Of a stretch of DNA of 64,000 bases, positions 15,001 to 28,973 are shown one piece after another (positions within the stretch are counted from its first letter, which is position 1; each line of letters begins with the position of its first letter). This stretch comes from the human T2T-CHM13v2.0 reference genome, Homo sapiens: NCBI GenBank assembly GCA_009914755.4, contig CP086569.2:28640001-28704000 (forward strand), given 5' to 3'. Both the position numbers and the translations under genes were made by a program. Below the pieces are notes generated by a model. It saw only the letters and a list, made by a program, of their open reading frames with translations. It made no database searches and had not been told where the DNA came from.

Positions 15001-18000
15001 AATCGAACCACAAGGAATGGACAGGAATAGAATGGTCTCGAATTGAACGGAATCGTATGGAATGGCATCAAACGGAATGGAATGGACAGCCACGGAATGG
15101 AATGCACTCGAATGCAATGGAGTCGAAACTAATGGACTGGAATAGAATGGACTCGACTGGTACGGACTCCAATGGAATGGAATCGAATGGAAGGGAATCG
15201 AACGGAATGGACTCGAAGGGAAAAGACTGCAATGTAAAGGTCTCGAATGGAATGGAAATTAATGGAATGGAATGGAATCGAATGAAATGGAGTCAAAAGG
15301 AATGGAATCGAATGGCAAGAAATCGAATGTAATGGAATCGCAAGGAATTGATGTGAACGGAACGGAATGCAATGGAATCCAAAGGAATGGAATAGAATGG
15401 AATGGAATCGAATGGAAAGGACTCGAATGGAAATCACTCGAATAGAATGCAATTTAATAAAATAGGATGAAATGTAATGGAATGGAATGGAAAGGAATCG
15501 AAACGAAAGGAATGGAGACAGATGGAATGGAATGGAACAGAGAGCAATGGTATAGAATGGAATGGAATCATCTGGAATGGAATTGAATGGAATGGAATAA
15601 TATGAAATGGAATGGAATGGAATGGAATGCCCTTGAATTAAATGGACTGGAATGGAATGGACTCGAACAGAGTGGAATGGAAAGTGTTGAGATAGAATGG
15701 AATGGACTCGTTTGGAATGGTCTAGTATGCAATGCAATCGACTGGCAGGGAATCAAAAGGAATGTAATCGAATGGATTGGACTGGAATGCAATGGACTCG
15801 AATAGATTGGAAACGGAATGCAAAGGAATGGAATGGAATAGTATGGAATGGAATGGAAAGGAATGGAGTGGAATAGACTAGAGAAGAATGGAATGGACTC
15901 GAAAGCAATGGACTGGAATGGAACTTTCTTGAATGGACTGGAATCAAACGGAATGGAATGCAATGCAATCAAATGGCATGGAATAAAATAGAATGAAAGA
16001 GAATCAAATGGAATTGAATCGAATGGAATCGAATGGATTGGAAAGGAATAGAATGGAATGGAATGGAATTGACTCAAATGGAATGGACTGGAATGGAATG
16101 GATTCGAATGGAAGGCAAAGGAATGGAATCTATTGGAATGGACTGTAATGGAATGAAATGGAAGGGATTGGAATGGACTCGAATGGAATGGACTGCAATA
16201 GAAAGGATTCGAATGGAATGAAAAAGAATTGAATGGAATAGAACAGAATGGAATCAAATCGAATGAAATGGAATGGAATAGAAAGGAATGGAATGAAATG
16301 GAATGGAAAGGATTCGAATGGAATGCAATCGAATGGAATGGAATCGAACGGAATGGAATAAAATGGAAGAAAACTGGCAAGAAATGGAGTCGAAATGAAT
16401 GGAGTGTTATGGAACGGACTCAAAAGGAATTGAATGTAATAGAATGGAGTGGAGTGGACTCGAATATAATGGACTGCAATGGAATGAAATCACATGGAAT
16501 GGGAACGAATGGAATGGAATGGAAAGGAATGGAATCGAATGGGAAGGAATCGAATGGAAGGGAATGAAATTGAATCAACAGGAATGGAAGGGAATAGAAT
16601 AGACGGTAATGGAATGGACTCGAATAGAATGGACACGAATCCTCAAATTGAATGGACTCGAAAGGAATGGAAACGAAAGGAATGTCATCGAATGGAATTG
16701 AATCGATTGGAATGAAATCGCATAGAGTGGAGTGGAATCAAATGGAATTGAATCGAAAGGAAAGGAAGCGAATGGACTGAAATGAAATGGAATGGAATTG
16801 AATGGAAAGTAATGCAATGGAATAGAATGGAACGAAATATCACGGAATGGAATCAAACTGAATGGAATCAAATCAATGGAATATAATCAAATGGAATGGA
16901 AAGGAATTGAATGCAGTAGATTGGATTGGATGGGATTGGAATGAAATGTACTGGAAAGGACTCGAATTTCATGAAACGGAATGGAATGAATTGGAACGGA
17001 ATGGACTCGAATGGAATGGAATGTCATGGAATGGCATCAAATGGAATGGCATCAAATGGAATGGAATCGAATGCAATGGAATGCTATGGAATGGAATGGA
17101 ATGCATTGGATGGAATGTCCTCTAATGGAATGGATTCGAGTGGAATGGAATCGAATATAATGGAGTCGAATGAAATGGAATTGAAAGGAATGGGATCGAA
17201 TACAATGGAATATACTGGAATGTAATGTAATGAACTCGAATGTAATTGACTGGAATGGAATGTACATGAATGGAATGTAATCGAATGGAAAGTAATCCAA
17301 TGGAATAGAATGTAATGCAATAAAATCGACTCAGATAGAGTAGAATGTAATGGAATGGAGTGCAGTGCAATGGAATGGAATGGAATGGAATGGAATGGAA
17401 TGGAATGGAATGGGATGGAATGGTATGGAATGGATAGTAATGGACTGGAGTGAAATGGACTGGAAAGGAATGGACTCAAATTGAAAGGGCTCGAAAGGAA
17501 TGGAGTCAAATGGAATGGTCTGGAATGGAATGAACACGAATGTAATGCAATCCAATAGAATGGAATCGAATGGCATGGAATATAAAGAAATGGAATCGAA
17601 GAGAATGGAAACAAACGGAATGGAATTGAATGGAATGGAATCGAATGGAATGGGAACGAATGGAGTGAAATTGTATGCAGTAGAAGAGAATAGAATGGAA
17701 TGCAAGCGAAAGGAAAGGAATGGATTGGAATGGAATGGAATTCATTGGAATGGAAGGGAATGTAGTGTAATGGACAGGCCTGGAATAAAGTGGAATGCTA
17801 CGGTCTCGAATGGAATAAAAATGTATGGAATGGAATGCAATGAAACGGAATCGAATGTCATAGAATGTAATGGAATGCAAAAAAATGGACTCCAAAATCA
17901 TTGACTGGAAAGGCTGGGGGTCGAAAGGAATTGACTCCAATGGAATGGAATCGAATGGAATGGAAGTGAATAGAATCGAACTAAATCGAATGGAATGGAA

Positions 18001-20070
18001 TTGATAGGAACGGAATGGAAAGGAATGCAATGATTTGGCATGGGATGGAATCGAATGGCATCGAATGGAATGGAATGGAATGCAATGGAATGGAATGTAT
18101 TAGAATGTAATGAACATTAATGGAATGAACTCCAATGGATTCGACTGGAATGGAATGTTCTGGAAGTGAATGCACTCCAATGGAATGGATTCGAAAGGAA
18201 TGGAATCGAACGGAATGGAATCTAATGGACTGAAATTAAATGGAAATGAATCAAATTGAATAGCACGGAATTGAATTGAATGGAATCGAATGCAATGGAA
18301 TCTAATGAAACGGAAAGGAAAGGAATGGAATGGAATGGAATGGGCTGGAATGGAATGGAATCGAAACGAATGGAATGGAATCGAACTGAAGAGACTGGAA
18401 TGGAATGCACTGGAATGGAAGGGAGTGTAATGGAAGGTTCTCGAAAAAATGGAATCGAATGGAATGGAATTGAATGGAACGGAATAGAGTCGAATGGAAT
18501 TGAATGGAATGGAATGGACTAGAGTGAAATGGAATCGAACCAAAAGGAATGGACAGGAATAGAATGGTCTCGAATTGAATGGAATCGTATGGAATGGCAT
18601 CAAACGGAATGGAATGGACAGCCACGGAATGGAATGCACTCGAATGCAATGGAGTCGAAACTAATGGACTGGAATAGAATGGACTCGACTGGTACGGACT
18701 CCAATGGCATGGAATCGAATGGAATGGAATCGAACGGAATGGACTCGAAGTGAAAAGACTGCAATGGAAAGGTCTCGAATGGAATGGAAATTAATGGAAT
18801 GGAATGGAATCGAATGAAATGGGGTCAAATGGATTGGAATCGAATGTCAAGGAATCGAATGTTATGGAATCGCAAGGAATTGATATGAACGGAACGGAAT
18901 GGAATGGAATCCAAAGGAATGGAATAGAATGGGATGGAATCGAATGGAAAGGACTCGAATGGAAATCACTCGAATAGAATGCAATTTAATAAAATAGGAT
19001 CAAATGTAATGGAATGGAATGGAAAGGAATCGAAACGAAAGGAATGGAGACACATGAAATGGAATGGAACAGAGAGCAATGGTATAGAATGGAATGGAAT
19101 CATCTGGAATGGAATTGAATGGAATGGAATAACATGAAATGGAATGGAATGGAATGGAATGCCCTTGAATTAAATGGACTGGAATGGAATGGACTCGAAC
19201 AGAGTGGAATGGAAAGTGTTGAAATAGAATGGAATGGACTCCTTTGGAATGGTCTAGTATGCAATGCAATCGACTAGCACGGAATCAAAAGGAATGTAAT
19301 CGAATGGATTGGACTGGAATGCAATGGACTCGAATAGATTGGAAACGGAATGCAAAGGAATGGAATGGAATAGTATGGAATGGAATGGAAAGGAATGGAG
19401 TGGAATAGACTAGAGTGGAATGGAATGGACTCGAAAGCAATGGACTGGAATGGAACTTTCTTGAATGGACTGGAATCAAACGGAATGGAATGCAATGCAA
19501 TCAAATGGCATGGAATAAAATAGAATGAAAGAGAATCAAATGGAATTGAATCGAATGGAATCGAATGGATTTGAAAGGAATAGAATGGAATGGAATGGAA
19601 TTGACTCAAATGGAATGGACTAGAATGGAATGGATTCGAATGGAAGGCAAAGGAATGGAATCTATTGGAATGGACTGTAATGGAATGGAATGGAAGGGAT
19701 TGGAATGGACTCGAATGGAATGGACTGCAATAGAAAGCATACGAATGGAATGAAAAACAATTGAATGGAATAGAACAGAATGGAATCAAATCGAATGAAA
19801 TGGAATGGAATAGAAAGGAATGGAAGGAAATGGAATGGAAAGGATTCGAATGGAATGCAATCGAATGGAATGGAATCGAACGCAATGGAATAAAATGGAA
19901 GAAAACTGGCAAGAAATGGAATTGAAATGAATGGAGTGTTACGGAACGGACTCAAAAGGAATTGAATGTAATAGAATGGAGTGGAGTGGACTCGAATATA
20001 ATGGACTGGAATGGAATGAAATCACATGGAATGGGAACGAATGGAATGCAATGGAAAGGAATGGAATCGA
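1..20070 (+). repeat. HSat3-type pentameric satellite (GGAAT)n organised as ~3.53 kb higher-order repeat (DYZ1-like); 5 full-length units, 1 internally deleted 1.59 kb unit, 1 partial unit
   Basis: Seen in sequence: near-continuous ggaat / ggaat-variant pentamers (e.g. pure run 1684-1741). Long-range periodicity: phase marker tggaatggaaagtgttgag recurs at 1, 3535, 7069, 10563, 14087, 15673, 19205 (periods 3534, 3534, 3494, 3524, 1586, 3532). ORF-track artefact proteins recur verbatim at the same spacing (e.g. 81..296, 3615..3830, 7149..7364). Single GGCC (HaeIII) site per unit (2106, 5640, 9181 ...), period 3534. Established knowledge: DYZ1 is a ~3.4-3.56 kb HaeIII GGAAT-based repeat of human Yq12. 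Assignment to DYZ1 itself is inference (no database search possible). Confidence 0.88.
14087..15672 (+). repeat. Internally deleted DYZ1-like HOR unit (~1.59 kb; ~1.9 kb deletion)
   Basis: Unit length 1586 vs ~3530 for its neighbours. Junction near 14556-14562 reads ggactgcaatggaatggaatg|tattagaatgtaatgaac. It joins sequence equivalent to ~11045 (ggactgcaatggaatggaatggaagggattgg) directly to sequence equivalent to ~13015 (ggaatgcaatggaatggaatgtattagaatg). Both parental sites share ~16 bp gcaatggaatggaatg. Confidence 0.8.
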
Positions 20071-20080
20071 ATATATCATA
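20061..20080. other. Abrupt DYZ1-like to DYZ2-like satellite junction (left)
   Basis: ...ggaatgcaatggaaaggaatggaatcgaat|atatcatatatagaatatattatacgg. HSat3 phase corresponds to ~870 of the HOR; the DYZ2-like repeat starts at the atatatcatatatag phase. Confidence 0.85.
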
Positions 20081-21429
20081 TATAGAATATATTATACGGT
20101 TAATATACGTATTAAATATAAATTATACATTATATATACTATATATAATATATCTGTTATATATAATACCCATTATACATAATATATATATTATGTCTAT
20201 ATTATATATAGTATAAAACAACATATAATAATATATAATTGTATATATAAAATGTGACATATAATATATATTATATTTTATGACATATGTAATATATATT
20301 ATATATTATGTATAATACGTTGTATGTATAATACCTATATTAATTATATATTATATGACTATGTTATTAATTACATGTCACATATACATATATTATATAT
20401 TTTACATGGAATATACCGGTTACATATAATATATACTATGTTACCTATAATGTATAATTTATTACATGTAATATAATGAATGTCATATATTATATATAAT
20501 TTATAATATTCAATATGTGGAATGTGATATATATAACATATAATATATGATATATGATATACAGTATATGATATATAACATACAATTTATGATACCTAAT
20601 ATATATGGTATACAATATATATTTTATGAAAAGTATTCTATATGTTTTATATTCTGTTATATATAACTATTTGAAATTATATATAACTGTATAATATTTT
20701 ATGTAAATATGTAATATAATATATATAACCATATAATATATTATATATAACTATATATTATGGTATATATACTTTTATAACATAATTTACATAAAATATC
20801 ATAATATAATATATATTATATTATTTCATATTACATAATATATATTACATATCACCAAATATAAGTAACATACATAATATTAAAATATAGTTTATATTAT
20901 GTTATATTAAATATCATATATATCATGTATCATATGTTCTATAATATATGTTATACATTATATAATATGTATGTTGTCTATTATGTGATATATATAACTA
21001 TATATATAATTATATTATTATACATATAACTACATAAACATGTAATTCTATATATTTTCATTTATAATATATAGAATTATATAATCATATATAATTATTT
21101 ATATTCTATAAAAAATTATATCATTATATAAATTATAATATATAAAAATTATATTATGTACTAAAAATATATATATTATATATCATATATGATATAGTAC
21201 CTTTGTTATATATCATATTACATATAAAGGTATATTATGTTATCTATAGTTATATAATTTCATATATAAGATGTATAATATGTATTATATATTATATAAG
21301 TTATGCAATTTATATAGTATATATAAGATGACACAGGATAAATATTTTATACTAAGACATATAAAATATATGAGGTTATATGTTACATATAAGGCATAGC
21401 ACATAAACTGTAATATATATCATATATAA

Positions 21430-21727
21430 TTTTTTTTTAGACAGACTCTTGTCCTGTTGCACAGGGTGGAGTACAATGTCGCCATCTTTGCTCACTGCAA
21501 CATCTGCCTCACGGCTCCAAACGATTGTCCTCCCTCAGCCTCCCAGGTAGCTGGGACTACACCACACTGGGACTACACCATCTGCCACCATGCCTAGCTA
21601 ATTTTTTGGATTTTTAGTAGTGACAGCCTTTCACTGTATTGGCCAGGATGGCCTTGATCTCTTCACCTTGTGATCCCCTTGCCTTGGCCTCCAAATTTGC
21701 TGGGATTACAGGCCTGAGCCAAGATCC
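21430..21727 (-). mobile_element. Alu fragment (antisense, 5'-truncated by ~12-25 bp, CpG-decayed) embedded in DYZ2-like unit
   Basis: The + strand reads a T-run followed by agacag..ctgttgcacagggtggagtac...gcctcccaggtagctgggactaca...ggcctgagccaagatcc. This is the reverse complement of the Alu right arm, A-rich linker and left arm (GGCTCA(C/G)GCCTGTAATCCCAGCA). Confidence 0.85.
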
Positions 21728-22290
21728 ATATTTTTTTAAATGAAAAAAAATTTGAAAGGTACTCTGCTTGGTACAATAATCAAATGTATAAACTGAGGAA
21801 TAAATCATAACCATGAAACATACTTATAACTGCATATGGAAAATACAGAGGATAATTTTTTAAATAACATATTTTGAAAGCCTTAACTAGTAATTTGAAG
21901 AGCTGACATTTGAAAGGCCAGTATGAATATACCTTCAAAGCAGCAACACAGGATCCCCATGAGAAAAAGCAAACTCAGGGAAAATAAAACCACAAAGGTT
22001 CAATCTCTTCTGACCTTTGAAAGACACAGCACAGACAGTGGTCCTTAGGACGAAGAGCAGGAGACCCCTAATTCCGTCACCATGGCGATAGGGCATAAAC
22101 ATTGCTGGGTGAGGGCACAATCCACATTGTGAGGTCCAACTGCTGCCAGGAAGACAGGAGTGCTTTTACATAGACCGAAAGGTCATTGAAGGCTCAGAGT
22201 TTTGTTTCAAGAACTGAATCCCAAGCCCACACGTTATTATGCTGCGCTTCTTAAAACAAGTTATGAGATGGGAAAAAGGGCACCCACAAA
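21728..22290. repeat. ~570 bp mixed-complexity (non-Alu, non-AT) segment of the DYZ2-like unit; recurs once per unit in both arms; origin undetermined
   Basis: ccatatttttttaaatgaaaaaaaatttgaaaggtactctgcttggtac...caccatggcgatagggcataaacattgctgggtgagggcacaatccacattgtgaggtccaactgctgccaggaagacagg...gggaaaaagggcacccacaaacatacgtatac. It carries the recurring 61-aa and 68-aa artefact ORFs. Confidence 0.7.
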
Positions 22291-23848
22291 CATACGTATA
22301 CATTATGTATATAATAATATACAGTATCATATATATAATACATATAACCTATGTATAATATTGTTTTACATCCTGCATCTTATATTATATATATTGTATA
22401 AAATATAATAATTGATAATATATAAGCTTTATATTGATACAATATGACATATAGTATATATTATATTTTATGACATATATAATATATGTTATATATCATA
22501 TATAGAATATATTACACGGTTAATATACGTATTAAATATAAATTATACATTATATATATTATATATAATATATCTGTTATATATAATACTCATTATACAT
22601 AATATATACATTATGTGTATGTTATATATAGTACAAAAAAACATATAATAATATATAATTGTATATATAAAATGTGACATACAATATATATTATATTTTA
22701 TGACATATGTAATATATATTATATATTATATATAATACGTTGTATGTATAATACCTATATTAAATATATATTATATGACTATGTTATTAATTACATGTCA
22801 CATATGTTATATATTATATATTTTACATGGAATATACCGGTTACATATAATATATACTATGTTACCTATAATGTATAATTTATTACATGTAATATAATGA
22901 GTGTCATATATTATATATAATTTATAATATTCAATATGTGGAATGTGATATATATAACATATAATATATGATATATGATATACACTATATGATATATGAC
23001 ATACAATTTATGATACCTTATATATATGGTATACAATATATATTTTATGATATGTATTCTATATGTTTTATATTCTGTTATATATAACTAGTTGAAATTA
23101 TATATAACTGTATAATATTTTATGTAAATATGTAATATAATATATAACCATATAATATATTATATATAACTATATATTATGTTATATAAACTTTTATAAC
23201 ATAATTTACATAAAATATCATAATATAATATATATTATATTATTTCATATTACATAATATATATTACATAACACCCAATATAAGTAACATACATAATATT
23301 AAAATATAGATTATATTATGTTATATTAAATATCATATATATCATGTATCATATGTTCTATAATATATATTATACATTATATAATATGTATGATGTCTAT
23401 TATGTGATATATATAACTATATATATAATTATATTATTATACATATAACTACATAAACATGTAATTCTCTATATTTTCATTTATAATATATAGAATTATA
23501 TAATCATATATAATTATTTATATTCTATAAAAAATTATATCATTATATAAATTATAATATATAAAAATTATAATATGTACTAAAAATATATATATTATAT
23601 ATCATATATGATATAGTACCTTTGTTATATATCATATTACATATAAAGTTATATTATGTTATCTATAATTATATAATTTCATATATAAGATATATAATAT
23701 GTATTATATATTATATATGTTATGTAATTTATATAGTATATATAAGATGACACAGGATAAATATTTTATACTAAGACATATAAAATATATGAGGTTATAT
23801 GTTGCATATAAGGCATAGCAGATAACATGTAACATATATCATATATAA

Positions 23849-24146
<298 letters not shown>

Positions 24147-26266
24147 ATATTTTTTAAATGAAAAAAAATTTCAAAGGTACTCTGCTTGGTACAATAATCA
24201 AATGTATAAACTGAGGAATAAAACATAACCATGAAACATACTTATAACTGCATATGGAAAATACAGAGGATAATTTTTTAAATAACATATTTTGAAAGCC
24301 TTAACTAGTAATTTGAAGAGCTGGCATTTGAAAGGCCAGTATGAATATACCTTCAAAGCAGCAACACAGGTTCCCCATGAGAAAAAGCAAACTCAGGGAA
24401 AATGAAACCACAAAGGTTCAATCTCTTCTGACCTTTGAAAGACTCAGCACAGACAGTGGTCCTTAGGACGAAGAGCAGGAGACCCCTAATTCCGTCACCA
24501 TGGCGATAGGGCATAAACATTGCTGGGTGAGGGCACAATCCACATTGTGAGGTCCAACTGCTGCCAGGAAGACAGGAGTGCTTTTACATAGACCGAAAGG
24601 TCATTGAAGTCTCAGAGTTTTGTTTCAAGAACTGGATCCCAAGCCCACACGTTATTATGCTGCGCTTCTTAATACAAGTTATGAGATGGGAAAAAGGGCA
24701 CCCACAAACATACGTATACATTATGTATATAATAATATAAAGTATCATATATATAATACATATAACCTACGTATAATATTGTTTTACATCCTGCATCTTA
24801 TATTATATATATTGTATAAAATATAATAATTGATAATATATAAGTTTTATATGGATACAATATGTCATATAGTATATATTATATTTTATGACATATATAA
24901 TAGATGTTATATATCATATATAGAATATATTATACGGTTAATATACGTATTAAATATAAATTATACATTATATATATTATATATAATATATCTGTTATAT
25001 ATAATACCCATTATACATAATATATATATTATGTCTATGTTATATATAGTATAAAACAACATATAATAATATATAATTGTATATATAAAATGTGACATAT
25101 AATATACATTATATTTTATGACATATGTAATATATATTATATATTATATATAATACGTTGCATGTATAATACCTATATTAAATATATATTATATGACTAT
25201 GTTACTAATTACATGTCACATATGTTATATATTATATATTTTACATGGAATATACCGGTTACATATAATATATACTATGTTACCTATAATGTATAATTTA
25301 TTACATGTAATATAATGAGTGTCATATATTATATATAATTTATAATATTCAATATTTGGAATGTGATATATATAACATATAATATATGATATATGATATA
25401 CAGTATATGATATATAACATACAATATATGATACCTAATATATATGGAATACAATATATATTTTATGATATGTATTCTATATGTTTTATATTCTGTTATA
25501 TATAACTATTTGAAATTATATATAACTGTATAATATTTTATGTAAATATGTAATATAATATATATAACCATATAATATATTATATATAACTATATATTAT
25601 GTTATATATACTTTTATAACATAATTTACATAAAATATCATAATATAATATATATTATATTATTTCATATATATAATATATATTACATATCACCCAATAT
25701 AAGTAACATACATAACATTAAAATATAGATTATATTATGTTATATTAAATATCATATATATCATGTATCATATGTTCTATAATATATATTATACATTATA
25801 TAATATGTATGTTGTCTATGATGTGATATATATAACTATATATATAATTATATTATTATACATATAACTACATAAACATGTAATTCTATATATTTTCATT
25901 TATAATATATAGAATTATATAATCATATATAATTATTTATATTCTATAAAAAGTTATATCATTATATAATTTAATATATATAAAATTATAATATGTAATA
26001 AAAATATATATATTATATATCATATATGATATAGTTCCTTTGTTATATATCATATTACATATAAATATATATTATGTTATCTATAATTATATAATTTCAT
26101 ATATAAGATGTATAATATGTATTATATATTATATATGTTATGTAATTTATATAGTATATATAAGGTGACACAGGATAAATATTTTATACTAAGACATATA
26201 AAATATATGAGGTTATATGTTGCATATAAGGCATAGCACTTAACATGTAACATATATCATATATAA

Positions 26267-26564
<298 letters not shown>

Positions 26565-28676
26565 ATATTTTTTAAATGAAAAAAAATTTCAAAGGGACTC
26601 TGCTTGGTACAATAATCAAATGTATAAACTGAGGAATAAAACATAACCATGAAACATACTTATAACTGCATATGGAAAATACAGAGGATAATTTTTTAAA
26701 TAACATATTTTGAAAGCCTTAACTAGTAATTTGAAGAGCTGGCATTTGAAAGGCCAGTATGAATATACCTTCAAAGCAGCAACACAGGATCCCCATGAGA
26801 AAGCGCAAACTCAGGGAAAATAAAACCACAAGGGTTCAATCTCTTCTGACCTTTGAAAGACACAGCACAGACAGTGGTCCTTAGGACGAAGAGCAGGAGA
26901 CCCCTAATTCCATCACCATGGCGATAGGGCATAAACATTGCTGGGTGAGGACACAATCCACATTGTGAGGTCCAACTGCTGCCAGGAAGACAGGAGTGCT
27001 TTTACATAGACCGAAAGGTCATTGAAGGCTCAGAGTTTTGTTTCAAGAACTGAATCCCAAGCCCACACGTTATTATGCTGCGCTTCTTAAAACAAGTTAT
27101 GAGATGGGAAAAAGGGCACCCACAAACATACGTATACATTATGTATAGAATAATATACAGTATCATATATAATACATATAACCTATGTATAATATTGTTT
27201 TACATCCTGCATCTTATATTATATATATTGTATAAAATATAATTGATAATATATAAGTTTTATATTGATACAATATGACATATAGTATATATTATATTTT
27301 ATGACATATATAATATATGTTATATATCATATATAGAATATATTATACGGTTAATATACGTATTAAATATAAATTATACATTATATATATTATATATAAT
27401 ATATCTGTTATATATAATACCCATTATACCTAATATATATATTATGTCTATGTTATATATAGTATAAAACAACATATAATAATATATAATTGTATATACA
27501 AAATGTGACATATAATATATATTATATTTTATGACATATGTAATATATATTATATATTATATATAATACGTTGTATGTATAATACCTATATTAAATATAT
27601 ATTATATGACTATGTTATTAATTACATGTCACATATGTTATATATTATATATTTTACATGGAATATACCGGTTACATATAATATATACTTTGTTATATAT
27701 AATGTATAATTTATTACATGTAATATAATGTGTCATATATTATATATAATTTATAATATTCAATATGTGGAATGTGATATATATAACATATAATATATGA
27801 TATATGATATACAGTATATGATATATAACATACAATTTATGATACCTAATATATACGGTATACAATATATATTTTATGATATGTATTCTGTATGTTTTAT
27901 ATTCTGTTATATATAACTATTTGAAATTATATATAACTCTATAATATTTTATATAAATGTGTAATATAATATATAACCATATAATATATTATATATAACT
28001 ATATATTATGTTATATATACTTTTATAACATAATTTACATAAAATATCATAATATAATATATATTATATTATTTCATATTACATAATATCTATTACATAT
28101 CACCCAATATAAGTAACATACATAACATTAAAATATAGATTATATTATGTTATATTAAATATCATATATATCATGTATCATATGTTCTATAATATATATT
28201 ATACATTATATAATATGTATGTTGTCTATTTTGTGATATATATAACTATATATATAATTATATTATTATACATATAACTACATAAACATGTAATTCTATA
28301 TATTTTCACTTATAATATATAGAATTATATATCATATATAATTATTTATATTCTATAAAAAATTATATCATTATATAAATTATAATATATAAAAATTATA
28401 ATATGTACAAAAATATATATATTATATATCATATATGATATAGTGCCTTTCTTATATATCATATTACATATAAATGTATATTATGTTATCTATAACTATA
28501 TAATTTCATATATAAGATGTATATTATGTATTATATATTATATAGGTTAAGTAATTTATATAGTATATATAAGGTGACACAGGATAAATATTTTATACTA
28601 TGACATATAAAATATGTGAGGTTATATGTTACATATAATGCATAGCACATAACATGTAATATATATCATATATAAT

Positions 28677-28973
28677 TTTTTTTTAGACAGAGTCTTGTCC
28701 TGTTGCACAGGGTGGAGTACAATGGCGTCATCTTTCCTCACTGCAACATCTGCCTCACAGGTCCAAGCGATTGTCCTCCCTCAGCCTCCCAGGTAGCTGG
28801 GACTACACCACACTGGGACTACACCAGCTGCCACCAAGCCTAGCTAATTTTTTGGATTTTTAGTAGTGACAGCCTTTCACTGTATTGGCCAGGATGCTCT
28901 TGATCTCTTGACCTTGTGATCCTCTTGCCTTGGCCTCCAAATTTGCTGGGATTACAGGCCTGATCAAAGATCC
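28677..28973 (-). mobile_element. Alu fragment (antisense) in DYZ2-like unit, copy 4
   Basis: Same Alu-derived sequence at 2.41 kb spacing. Confidence 0.85.

Noticed and set aside
1-20070. Hundreds of 60-270 aa ORFs on both strands (MEWNGMEWNG..., IPFHSIPFHS...) in the pentameric arrays
   Set aside because: They are the six-frame readout of (GGAAT)n/(ATTCC)n. Any pentamer repeat is stop-free in several frames. ORFs overlap each other on both strands and repeat with the HOR period. There is no start context and no codon-usage signal.
21935-22120. 61-aa ORF MCPHPAMFMPYRHGDG... conserved in all 10 copies of the 2.41 kb unit
   Set aside because: Copy-to-copy changes are almost all non-synonymous and it lies in a satellite unit. 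Conservation equals recent amplification. Not reported as CDS.
22202-22408. 68-aa ORF MFQELNPKPTRYY... recurring in each unit
   Set aside because: Second half is translation of ata/tat-rich DNA (IYNTYNLCIILFYILHLILYILYKI). No coding signal.
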